From NCBI GenBank assembly GCA_046582655.1, contig JAYGDX010000210.1, positions 13,030-77,029 of the forward strand: a stretch of DNA of 64,000 nt, given 5' to 3'. The stretch's first letter is position 1. Each line of letters begins with the position of its first letter. The notes beneath the pieces were generated by a model. That model had not been told where the DNA came from and ran no database searches. It saw only the letters and a program-made list of their open reading frames with translations. A program made the position numbers and the translations under genes. Shown one piece after another: positions 1 through 9,183 of the stretch. This DNA is from Candidatus Poribacteria bacterium (GTDB lineage Bacteria; Poribacteria; WGA-4E; UBA9662).

Positions 1-2634
1 TTGGTCGGACACCGCAACGGTGTTGAAACATTGGCATTCTCACCGAATGGAGCCGTTCTTGCTTCTGGTGGTAGAGATTATCGGATTAAGCTATGGTTAG
101 TAGCAGATAAGCAGTTAATCAGAACACTCCCTCGACAAGAAAACATCTTACAGTCGTTAGGGTTTTCACTGGATGGGGATATTCTTGCCTCTGGCTCAGT
201 TGATTTGAAGTTTTGGTCATTAGGTGAACACGATGATGAACTTCCGCCGAAAATGGATACAGTTGAAATCATAAGCGATGGCGGTACAGGTCTACTCACT
301 GCGTCCCTACCATCGAAAACCCTTTTGACATCCGGCTTACATAAGATTCGCGTTAAAAGGAAAGAAGGAACCAACCAATTTCTAGTTTTCCTGGATGAGA
401 AGAACACTGAAGTCATCACGGATCGTCAGGCCGCTTTTATAAATCTTGAGGGCCAAGAGTTAATCACACTTCATTTCGGTGAAGAAATCAAACCTGGTAT
501 GGCTTTAGTTGAAGTTGAAAAAAAAGAGGCGGAAATAGGTGTGGCAGAAATCGAAAACGATGGTGGTACAGGCTTGGATGGGATTGACCTCCCGCTAGTA
601 ACCCCTTTGATTCCAGGCTTACATAAGATTGATATTGAAAGAGCGGAAGGTGATGGTCAAGATGATTTTGTAGCTGTCTTGGATGGGTCTAAATCCGTAC
701 CAGTTGAGGCTGATGGTAAGGCAACTTTTATTGATGGTGATGGCAGGGAAATCCTTACAATTAGCTTTGGCGAAGAAATCAAACCTGGTACAGCTTTAAT
801 TGAATACATGGTGGCCATACAAGAAACTGGACAACCATTTATTGGAAAAGAAATCGAATTTGAGAGATTATATAAGGGAACCGATTGGATTTGGTCTCTG
901 GACTTTTCACCTGATGGTAAATTGCTAACGTTCGGTCTGTCTGATAATACGGTGAGGCTGTGGTCAGTTGAGGAGAAAAAAGAGGTCGTAACATTAACTG
1001 GGCATACCTCTGATGTATCGTCAGTTGCTTTCTCACCGGATGGGAGGGTTGTTGCTTCCGGCTCACGTGAACTGAAAGTTTGGTCGATAGCTGGCAAAGC
1101 AGAGATAGCAACGCTGAAACTGGATAACAACTACATCCACTCTTTGGCGTTCTCACCAGATGGTTCGTTGGTCGTTACTGGTACAAACAATGGCGAAATT
1201 CTGATTTGGGATATGAGCCCATTTGTTGACCCAACAATTGTTAGCTTTGTCGTCAGAGAAGCTTCGTTTGAAAATCTTATTGCCGAAGTTCGGGCTGAAA
1301 ATGCCAAAAATTTATATGGTTACCAATTTGCTATTGAGTTCAATCCTGAAGTGCTTGAGGTAGAGAGTGTATCTCAGGGTAATTTCTTAAAGGAAAGCTT
1401 CGGATGGGCAGGTGGGGATGAAACACACTGGATTGCTGGGGAAATCAATAACGAAGACGGAAAGATTTCTAGTTCTCTCGGCATTCGCATCATACCGGGA
1501 GGGGTCAAAGGTAGCGGTGTATTGGCGACAATCACTTTCGTTCCGAAGAAAACAGATGGAAGTGAGCTTAAGTTCGCGGAACTGAAGTTGTCAAACGAAG
1601 AGGGAGATCCGGTTGTTTCTTATTCAGTTAATCAACTCGTACAAATTCCTTCGATCATATCCGCTGACCTAGAGATAAAAGCATCAATAGAGGGTCCGCT
1701 TGTGGTTGCCGAATTAAAGATAGTTGATCCTGTTAACGTTGATGGTTACTCAGTTGATTTGTTGTACACTGATAACTTGGAAATTATTCTTGAGAAAGGT
1801 CTTGATATCTATGAGAATGTGATTACTGATATTACCGAAGATACAACCTTTAAATTTCAGATTTATCAAAGTGGGGAGATCAAATTTGAATTGTTAAATG
1901 GTCTTCTCGATGGACCACTAAAAACCACAGATATACCGGTGTTGGTTAACGACCAGATTACGGTTGTTGCATCTCCAAATTGGGATATCAATAGGGATTA
2001 CGTCATTGACATATTCGATTTAGTTATTTTGAGTGAGGATTTTGGTCGGCAAATTACCCGTGAATTACGTCCTAATCCGGATGTGAATAGAGATGGGGTC
2101 GTTGATGTTTATGATTTTGTAAAGGTGGGCGCGAAATTCGGTCGAACTTACGATCCTATCGCAACTAGGGCCACGCCGGCAGTTGCGAGATCAAGAATAG
2201 GATCAACAGATCAAATAAGTGTTGATTTCTTAGAAAAGGTCTTGGATCAAATCAAGCAACATCCTCTGACTGATACGCCTGACTTCGTTAAAACGCGCCA
2301 ATTACTTCTGAGCCTAATTAAAAGAACAGGATTGCTTCCAACCGAAACGCGCTTATTGGTTAATTACCCTAACCCGTTTAATCCCGAGACATGGATTCCA
2401 TTTGATCTAGCTGATGATGCGTTAGTCACTATTAGGATCTATGATCAACGGGGCAATGTTATCCGACGCTTGGATCTTGGATATCGACCTGCAGGACGTT
2501 ATGTGACAAAGGGTAAAGCCGTGTATTGGGATGGGAGGAACGACAAAGGTGAGTCTCTTTCCAGCGGCACCTACTTCTATCAGATATCTGCCGGGATTTA
2601 CGAGGCTACACGTAAAATGATTGTTCTGAAGTGA
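1..2634 (+). CDS. WD40-repeat protein with inserted tandem domain, cohesin, dockerin and FlgD-Ig/T9SS-like C-terminal domain (5' partial)
   Basis: WD40 repeats (GH...AFSPDG...ASG...IKLW); cohesin-like segment (NLYGYQFAIEFNPEVLEV...GSGVLATITF); paired dockerin Ca-loops (DINRDYVIDIFDL, DVNRDGVVDVYDF); C-terminal NYPNPFNPETWIP...WDGRN...SGTYFY...RKMIVLK. The ORF is open at the window edge. Confidence 0.85.
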   Translation: MVGHRNGVETLAFSPNGAVLASGGRDYRIKLWLVADKQLIRTLPRQENILQSLGFSLDGDILASGSVDLKFWSLGEHDDELPPKMDTVEIISDGGTGLLTASLPSKTLLTSGLHKIRVKRKEGTNQFLVFLDEKNTEVITDRQAAFINLEGQELITLHFGEEIKPGMALVEVEKKEAEIGVAEIENDGGTGLDGIDLPLVTPLIPGLHKIDIERAEGDGQDDFVAVLDGSKSVPVEADGKATFIDGDGREILTISFGEEIKPGTALIEYMVAIQETGQPFIGKEIEFERLYKGTDWIWSLDFSPDGKLLTFGLSDNTVRLWSVEEKKEVVTLTGHTSDVSSVAFSPDGRVVASGSRELKVWSIAGKAEIATLKLDNNYIHSLAFSPDGSLVVTGTNNGEILIWDMSPFVDPTIVSFVVREASFENLIAEVRAENAKNLYGYQFAIEFNPEVLEVESVSQGNFLKESFGWAGGDETHWIAGEINNEDGKISSSLGIRIIPGGVKGSGVLATITFVPKKTDGSELKFAELKLSNEEGDPVVSYSVNQLVQIPSIISADLEIKASIEGPLVVAELKIVDPVNVDGYSVDLLYTDNLEIILEKGLDIYENVITDITEDTTFKFQIYQSGEIKFELLNGLLDGPLKTTDIPVLVNDQITVVASPNWDINRDYVIDIFDLVILSEDFGRQITRELRPNPDVNRDGVVDVYDFVKVGAKFGRTYDPIATRATPAVARSRIGSTDQISVDFLEKVLDQIKQHPLTDTPDFVKTRQLLLSLIKRTGLLPTETRLLVNYPNPFNPETWIPFDLADDALVTIRIYDQRGNVIRRLDLGYRPAGRYVTKGKAVYWDGRNDKGESLSSGTYFYQISAGIYEATRKMIVLK

Positions 2635-2792
2635 CAATTTGCAATCTCCTTGAGTAAAGTTAAAGTTACCAGATATACTTGGCTAAAAACCGTTTTGCCC
2701 CGCCTCAATTCAAGCTTCTCTCGCCATGTTTTAACCTACTTGTACTTATCCTACTGAATTTATGAAACCTGAAACCCAAGGTTACTATTTCA

Positions 2793-4115
2793 ATGCGAAC
2801 GGCTCGATTTAGTCCACGATTTCGATTGTTGTGTGTTCTATTTTTAGTATTAGCGCTGTCAGCAGTCGGCATATGCTATTATTTAACACAACGATACTCA
2901 AAAGAATGGAACTATTGGAAAAGACTCTCCGGTTCAGAAAAATCTCTAGCCGTTGAACTAGAGATTGAAAGGTTTGGGCATCGAGTATTTCCTCCCTCTC
3001 CGCAACCTGACAGTTATACACATGTCACGCTAGAGAAACTTGAGCATTCGATGAAACTCGGTGCTGAGTGGATTCTCTCTATGCAGGAACCATCCGGACG
3101 TTTTCAGTACTGGTACGATCCAGTTCTGAACCAATTCAGTAGCAAGACTGACGATAATTTCTTACGTCAGTCAGGTACTTCATTCTCTTTGATGCTAGTG
3201 TATAAAATGACTGCGAATCTCCGTTATTTTACTGCCGCGCGTCAAAGTATCTCTTACCTTTTGCAGTTCAAGCAGCAACTTGATGTTGACAAAGCGTACT
3301 TTCTTTTTAATGAAAAAGCAAAACTAGGAGGAATTAGTCTCCCGATGCTGACGATGCTTGAGATGCGTCAGTTGACTGGCACCCGTGAGTTTGACAAGAT
3401 CTTGAATCAGTTGGCGAATATGATTCTGTTTCTGCAGGCAAAATATCAGACAGGACAATTTAAGAGTACATATGTGTATCGTGGCAATTACGAATATGAG
3501 AAGGAAACCGGGTGGGAGTCAAAAATCTATCCTGGTGAGGCATTATATGCCTTGGCCAAAATGTACCTTGCTTTTGAGGATGTCCGGTATAGACATAGCA
3601 TGGATTGGGCATTAGAGTTTTACTCCCATGAACGATGGCTGTCACAGGCTTTTCTGCCTTGGACGATCTCTGCTTTTGTTTCTTTGTACCAACAGACCAG
3701 TGAGTCAAAATACTCTGAATACGCTTTTCATTTAAGTGATCGCCTTTTGAAGCAACAGAATCTAGATAGCAGAGATGCTGTTTATGGTAGTTTCCACGGG
3801 TTGCCTTCCGCTAATACTGGGAGTTACATGGAAGCCTTGGGAGATGCTGTACACCTTGCACAATTAGTGAAAGATCAACGACGGCTTAAATTATATTGTG
3901 AACGTGCTAAAATGGGGTATAGATGGCTGTTGATGTTGCAATATACAGAGTCTGATTTTACTGATTCAGGGCATTTTGAAATGTCAATTGGAGGTTTTAG
4001 GGAAAGCTTGGTTAATCCTCAGTTACGTATCGATAACACGCAACATGCAATTAGCTCCTTTGCCAAAGGTTTACAATTCATTTTTAGGGTTCATCCCCAG
4101 CAGATAGTAAAGTAA
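2793..4115 (+). CDS. membrane-anchored hypothetical protein, probable alpha/alpha-toroid fold
   Basis: N-terminal TM helix; motifs GRFQYWYDP, NFLRQSG, YPGEALYAL, LRIDNTQH; paralogue of the next ORF. Confidence 0.65.
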   Translation: MRTARFSPRFRLLCVLFLVLALSAVGICYYLTQRYSKEWNYWKRLSGSEKSLAVELEIERFGHRVFPPSPQPDSYTHVTLEKLEHSMKLGAEWILSMQEPSGRFQYWYDPVLNQFSSKTDDNFLRQSGTSFSLMLVYKMTANLRYFTAARQSISYLLQFKQQLDVDKAYFLFNEKAKLGGISLPMLTMLEMRQLTGTREFDKILNQLANMILFLQAKYQTGQFKSTYVYRGNYEYEKETGWESKIYPGEALYALAKMYLAFEDVRYRHSMDWALEFYSHERWLSQAFLPWTISAFVSLYQQTSESKYSEYAFHLSDRLLKQQNLDSRDAVYGSFHGLPSANTGSYMEALGDAVHLAQLVKDQRRLKLYCERAKMGYRWLLMLQYTESDFTDSGHFEMSIGGFRESLVNPQLRIDNTQHAISSFAKGLQFIFRVHPQQIVK

Positions 4116-4188
4116 TTATCTGCTTATTGGGGCATACGTTATTTTACTTCCTAATGATCTATAGAAGGCTTTAATCAGAATCAAAGAA

Positions 4189-5400
4189 ATGAAGAGTTGG
4201 TTACTTTATGCTGTTTTAGCGATGATAATAGTGGCATTGACTGCGTTTTTCCTCTCTTTTTACTCCTATCGTCTCTTCGAGTGGCCAACACGTGGACATT
4301 GCTCAATACGACTAACTCGCGCTGATCTTGATCGCTCGCTTGAACTCGGCACTCAATTTTTAATCAATCACCAAAAAACCGATGGTCATTTTACTTATGA
4401 ATATGATTGGATCAATGAGATCTATACTCAATCGGATAGTCAGGTTCGACAGGCCGGAGCGACGTGGGGGCTAGCATTAATTTATCAGGATCAACCAAGT
4501 TTAAAGATTAAAGATGCAGTAGAAAAAGCAATGGGCTTTTTTTATCGCCATTCAAAAATTACGGCTGATGGGCGACGCTATGTAGTCTATCCCGGAAATC
4601 CCACTGGTCATACAGGAACAGTAGCGCTTTGCACTTTGGCGTATATTGAATACCTTCGTGTTCCAAGTTCTGATATTTATGCAAAAAAGAGGCAACGTTA
4701 CCTGCAACATCTTGGGGAATACCTCAAATTTCTGATTAAAGCGCAAACGCAGGAAGGGCTTTGGCATCGATATTATGATGCAGATGGTCTTTCTTTTGGT
4801 CCCTCTTCTTCTTACTATGATGGAGAATCATTATTGGCCTTGGTGAAGGCCGCGAAGTATATGGATCACCAAGGACTTCAATCAATTATCATTAAGGCAG
4901 CGGACGCCGGCTATGATCGTAATATTCAAGAAGCACTGCGAATTGATCCTGATTCTCGAATAACCAAAGGGTATTACCAATGGAGTTCGATGGCTTTTTT
5001 TGAACTTGCGACCGCAGGATGGCCCAACACGGAAAAGTATAGTGATTATGTCATCAAGCTTGCAGACTGGATGATTGATACACATAAGACATTATGGCGG
5101 ACACGTAACACCGCCTATGCTTATGAAGGTATTGTTCATGCTTATCAATTAGCGGTGCTGGGCAATCATGACCAACATATAAGGAAATTTGCCTGCGTTA
5201 TCGACGCGGGTTTGATGAAATTAACTTCTTGGCAAGTTGGTAGTCCTATGGAAAACGGGTTTATACGCAGGCATCCTACGCAAAACCCGTATGCCATAGG
5301 TGGAATACAAAATCATGCTTTTGAATCCCTTCTAAGGATTGATGTAACCCAACACCAGATGCATGCTGTTATTCTGGCTCGTCGTTATGTGTATAATTAA
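4189..5400 (+). CDS. membrane-anchored hypothetical protein, paralogue of 2793..4115
   Basis: N-terminal TM; motifs GHFTYEYD, VRQAG, YDGESLLAL, LRIDVTQH. Confidence 0.65.
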   Translation: MKSWLLYAVLAMIIVALTAFFLSFYSYRLFEWPTRGHCSIRLTRADLDRSLELGTQFLINHQKTDGHFTYEYDWINEIYTQSDSQVRQAGATWGLALIYQDQPSLKIKDAVEKAMGFFYRHSKITADGRRYVVYPGNPTGHTGTVALCTLAYIEYLRVPSSDIYAKKRQRYLQHLGEYLKFLIKAQTQEGLWHRYYDADGLSFGPSSSYYDGESLLALVKAAKYMDHQGLQSIIIKAADAGYDRNIQEALRIDPDSRITKGYYQWSSMAFFELATAGWPNTEKYSDYVIKLADWMIDTHKTLWRTRNTAYAYEGIVHAYQLAVLGNHDQHIRKFACVIDAGLMKLTSWQVGSPMENGFIRRHPTQNPYAIGGIQNHAFESLLRIDVTQHQMHAVILARRYVYN

Positions 5401-5409
5401 AAAGTTTTT

Positions 5410-5772
5410 TTGATAATGAAAAACGCTTTCAGGCAGGTATTCATCGCTTTATTTTTATTTATTCTATCTTTGATGATGATTTTAACGTTTATTATCATCA
5501 AATGGATTGAATTTGAGTCTATACCAAATCTTCTGATGATGGTTGACTTCACTGGGATTTTACTTTCAGCATTAGCTGTGTCAATACTGATCTTAATTAG
5601 TATCGGATTAGTATTTGGTTTAGCGCGTGCTTGGTCTACCGAACAACCCGAGTTAGGTGACAAGATTATTCGTTTGGCAACGGTCACCAACGTTGTCTTA
5701 ATCTTCGTCTTGGGCGGGATAGGTGGTGGGCTTATTGTTTTGCGAACACTTTGGACAATTGGTTACTTTTAG
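5410..5772 (+). CDS. small integral membrane protein (about 3 TM)
   Basis: Three long hydrophobic stretches; 9 bp after the previous gene. ATG at 5416 is a possible start. Confidence 0.6.
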   Translation: MIMKNAFRQVFIALFLFILSLMMILTFIIIKWIEFESIPNLLMMVDFTGILLSALAVSILILISIGLVFGLARAWSTEQPELGDKIIRLATVTNVVLIFVLGGIGGGLIVLRTLWTIGYF

Positions 5773-5853
5773 CAGGTTGGATTCTCTAGAAGCAGGCACG
5801 ACGCTATACTTTAAAATCAAATGTTACAGTAAAAGATAAACCGAAAGCTCAAA

Positions 5854-6795
5854 ATGGCCAATCATGAATACTGGGTTGCACTGTCATCCGTTGAAGGAAT
5901 AGGCCCTGTACGCATTAAGTATTTATTGAAACGGTTTGGGGCAATTGAATCAGTGTTTGAGGCTGAACTGCTTGAGATTGCCAAGCTGCCGCTGTTTGAT
6001 CAAGTTCTAGCTTCACGTGTTTCACGTGCTAGATTAGGTCTGATTGAAATTCGGCGTCGGATTGAGTGGCTGAAGAGTCAAGGTATTTATATCGTGTGTC
6101 TTGAAGACTTGGAGTATCCAGCACAGTTGCAAGAACTCCAGAATGCACCGCCAGTTCTCTGTTGTCTTGGGAAGCTACAAGAAATTCCGTATAATCGATC
6201 TGTGACAATCGTTGGATCAAGAAACCCAAGTGATTCAGCTATCTTAGAAACGCTGAATTTAACAGCACAACTTGTGGGAGCAGGTTTTATAATTATAAGT
6301 GGGCTTGCTAATGGGATTGATACGACAGCACACTTAGGCACGCTTTCAGCTAGTGGGAGAACCGTGGCCGTGATTGGCTCGGACCTTCTTTCAATCCATC
6401 CGGCAGACAATCGTCAACTGGCTACTCAAATTAGTCAGAATGGCATGGTGTTATCTGAATTCTTGTTACCAACTCCTCCATCACCGGCAAATCTTATTTC
6501 TCGTAACCGAATCATCAGCGGATTGTCCATGGCAACAATTGTGATGGAATCAGCTATGAATGATGGTTCCATGCGCACAGCAAAATTCGCACTGGAGCAG
6601 GGCCGATTTATCTGTGCCTATGACTGGCAATCAAATGGGAAATTGAAGGAAGGAACACAAGAATTAGTTAAGCACGGAGCATATCCGATTTCTGCCGAGT
6701 GCTTTGACACCTTTATCCAAGCATTGATGAAGCCAGAAACAGATGAAAAGTTCCGTAAAGTTGATCTTGACGGTGTACAAATGGATCTGTTTTAG
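5854..6795 (+). CDS. dprA: DNA-processing protein DprA
   Basis: GIGP N-terminal helix motif, YPAQL, IVGSR, SGLANGID, RNRIISGLS, ESAMNDGSMRTA. Confidence 0.93.
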   Translation: MANHEYWVALSSVEGIGPVRIKYLLKRFGAIESVFEAELLEIAKLPLFDQVLASRVSRARLGLIEIRRRIEWLKSQGIYIVCLEDLEYPAQLQELQNAPPVLCCLGKLQEIPYNRSVTIVGSRNPSDSAILETLNLTAQLVGAGFIIISGLANGIDTTAHLGTLSASGRTVAVIGSDLLSIHPADNRQLATQISQNGMVLSEFLLPTPPSPANLISRNRIISGLSMATIVMESAMNDGSMRTAKFALEQGRFICAYDWQSNGKLKEGTQELVKHGAYPISAECFDTFIQALMKPETDEKFRKVDLDGVQMDLF

Positions 6796-6880
6796 AAGTG
6801 ATTCGTACCTGGTTCCACGGGGGTTTTTGTGGAAAGACTGAGGAATCATATGAAATATCAAAAAAATGCTGAAATTTTCC

Positions 6881-6909
6881 TTTACAAAAACTACAAAGTT
6901 TGTTAGACT
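6881..6909 (+). promoter_or_regulatory. sigma70-type promoter for the Ig-like lipoprotein gene
   Basis: TTTACA-N17-TAGACT with TGn extended -10. Confidence 0.55.
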
Positions 6910-7046
6910 ATGCCGCAAATTTCATTTATGTCCTTGAAAAAGGCGAATTGGCTAGGCTTTCAGGGTGTACAACCTGGCCTAGTTGATATTTGATTTTAAA
7001 AAAAAATTCTGTAGAGAATTCTCTTTATTTAAAGGAGTGCATAAAG

Positions 7047-7742
7047 ATGCGAAGAGTATTCAGAGCCCTTGCTTTGATGTTGGTTGTTACTTTAGCCCTT
7101 TTACCTTTCGTGGGTTGTGGTGGTGATGACGATGATGATGATGCTGGTGGCGTTGCCGCTCTTACGGGAACTGTTCCTGCAACAGGCGGTGAGATCGCGG
7201 CAAATGGTACGCTACTCATCAATTTTGATAGTGGAAAAAATATTGAAGGTGGAGCGGTTACCGTAAATGGTACACCTGCAGCTCTCGCTGGAAACCAAGC
7301 AACTTGGAACGCCGTAGGGCTGACGCCAGGTGGATCTGCTGCTCTTGCTATTGCATGGACAAACACGGATGGTACGTCTGGTGCAGCCAGTGTTACAGTG
7401 ACGGTCAAAGCTGTGGATAACGCTCCTCCGACGATTACCGGTGGAACTGTTAAAAACGGTGCCAAGGATGTCGATCCAGGTCCAATTAATGAAGCTGGTA
7501 AAATTGAAATTACATTTAGTGAAGCCGTTCTCAAAGGTGAAGCGGCTCTTGGCGTTGATGGTGGAGATGCGTTAGGTACCCAAACTGAGTGGGCTGCTGA
7601 CAAATTGACAATCTCCCTGAATGCTGGAGTAGCTTTAGCTAATGAAACGACCTACGTGATTACCATAAAAGGTGTTAAAGATGCCGCTGGTAATGCGATG
7701 TCCGATGCTAAAATTTCTTTCACCACGAAGGGTAAGGAGTAA
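7047..7742 (+). CDS. Ig-like (Big_5-type) domain lipoprotein
   Basis: SD AAGGAG at 7032-7037 before ATG 7047; lipobox FVGC followed by poly-Asp; C-terminal 'IEITFSEAV...L..ETTYVITI.GVKDAAGN...SFTT' Big_5 pattern. Confidence 0.8.
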   Translation: MRRVFRALALMLVVTLALLPFVGCGGDDDDDDAGGVAALTGTVPATGGEIAANGTLLINFDSGKNIEGGAVTVNGTPAALAGNQATWNAVGLTPGGSAALAIAWTNTDGTSGAASVTVTVKAVDNAPPTITGGTVKNGAKDVDPGPINEAGKIEITFSEAVLKGEAALGVDGGDALGTQTEWAADKLTISLNAGVALANETTYVITIKGVKDAAGNAMSDAKISFTTKGKE

Positions 7743-7765
7743 GCACTCCAATCCTGAATCTGATG

Positions 7766-7803
7766 AAAAGGCAGCGTGTCTTTTGACATGTTGCCTTTTT
7801 TTT
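7766..7803 (+). terminator. intrinsic terminator
   Basis: AAAAGGCAGCGTGTC-TTTT-GACATGTTGCCTTTT stem (two G-U pairs) running into a T-tract. Confidence 0.8.
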
Positions 7804-7824
7804 GTTGGTCATTGAGAGGCAGGG

Positions 7825-9054
7825 ATGAATCGGCAGTTTCTGCTTTCACTGATTTTTTCCTCTTTATTGTTGTCTGGTTGTTTATTTCATTTCTCTAATT
7901 CAATTCCTCTAGATCCTCGACAACGGATATCTTATTATGCTGACATATACAAATTGAATCCGGAGTCAGATCAAGCTCGGCAGGCGCAGTTGGAGATTGG
8001 CAAGATTTATTATAATCAGCTCGGCAATCCGGCACGGGGGCTTGAGATATTTGAGAAATTAATTTCATCCAATCCAACAGCACCGGAATCAGGCGAGGCA
8101 TTGTGGTATATTTCCAGTCATAACTTTCAAGAGAATGAATATGAATTGGCATGCCAAAAATTTTTGCAATTCATGCTTGACTTTTCAGGCGATGAACGAA
8201 GTCAGATTGCAAGACTTCGTATTGCAGATTGCTTTTTTGAGTTAGGGAATTTGGACTCAGCTATCAAGTATTACGTAGATTACCGAAATCGGTATCCTGA
8301 CGATTTGCCGAACCTGCCATATGTTCTGTTGAGGATCGGTGCGGTCTATGCCAATCAGCCAAACTCTGCAATTGAGGCAAGAAAAGCATTTTCACACATC
8401 ATTGAGAAGTTTCCAAATGCAATGCCACAGGTTGAAATCGCCCGAAAAAGGTTATTGGATCTTGGCGGTGTCACTGTCAGGGATTCTGGTGTAAAAGACC
8501 AGCGTACTCAATTAAAAGTGAATTCTACTGATCTCGTCCGACAGACCTCGGAAGCTGGAATTGGTCCAATTACACGACCGAATGCGCAATCGGTTTTTGC
8601 AGGTTGGACGCGATCAGCAACTTTCGGTTATAATGCCAAGGTATTGCTACAGCAAAGTGGCATGCTCGATGTTGCTGAAGTTAGAACCAGCATGGCAGGC
8701 AGAGGTGAATTACTCGATGATGTTGTTTTCAATGTTGGTTTGCAGTTCTACATGATGCAAGATTACCATCGTGCAGGTGCCTGTTTGGAAAAAACAGTTG
8801 AACTCGGCATCCGAGGAGCTGATCTGTGTTTGAAATTGGGCGTTTGCTATAGAAAGGCAGGGAAGTGGAAAAAAGCGGCCGAAGCATTTCGAGCACTAGC
8901 TAAGGTTGCCCCGAAAGACATTGACCAGCTAATTGATAGCAGTGCACGAGAGTACAGACAAGGCAATCGTGAGTACGGCAGGAAATCTCTTGAGTGCTTA
9001 ATTGGAATTTCTGATGAGTTTGATGGTAAAATTAATAAAATCTTGAAAGAATGA
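7825..9054 (+). CDS. TPR lipoprotein (BamD/CpoB-like repeats)
   Basis: Lipobox LSGC; repeated TPR pattern 'P.S..A..A...IG..Y'. Confidence 0.75.
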   Translation: MNRQFLLSLIFSSLLLSGCLFHFSNSIPLDPRQRISYYADIYKLNPESDQARQAQLEIGKIYYNQLGNPARGLEIFEKLISSNPTAPESGEALWYISSHNFQENEYELACQKFLQFMLDFSGDERSQIARLRIADCFFELGNLDSAIKYYVDYRNRYPDDLPNLPYVLLRIGAVYANQPNSAIEARKAFSHIIEKFPNAMPQVEIARKRLLDLGGVTVRDSGVKDQRTQLKVNSTDLVRQTSEAGIGPITRPNAQSVFAGWTRSATFGYNAKVLLQQSGMLDVAEVRTSMAGRGELLDDVVFNVGLQFYMMQDYHRAGACLEKTVELGIRGADLCLKLGVCYRKAGKWKKAAEAFRALAKVAPKDIDQLIDSSAREYRQGNREYGRKSLECLIGISDEFDGKINKILKE

Positions 9055-9083
9055 AAGAAATCATTGATTTCGCATTTTTTTAT

Positions 9084-9112
9084 TGAACAGTTTATACATT
9101 TGAGTTGTCTTC
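9084..9112 (+). promoter_or_regulatory. candidate ECF-type (autoregulatory) promoter
   Basis: TGAACAG-N16-GTCTTC, the same AAC to GTC spacing as sigmaE-type promoters, directly upstream of an ECF gene. Confidence 0.45.
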
Positions 9113-9118
9113 TTTACA

Positions 9119-9183
9119 GAGGAGTGTTTTAATTGAGGGGAGTGTTTTAATTGAGGAGTGTTGGATTGGGGAGTGTTGGAGTT
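9119..9183 (+). repeat. four degenerate tandem repeats with core GGAGTGTT
   Basis: GGAGTGTT at 9121, 9139, 9155 and 9170 (spacing 18, 16, 15); the first two extend to GGAGTGTTTTAATTGAGG. Confidence 0.9.
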
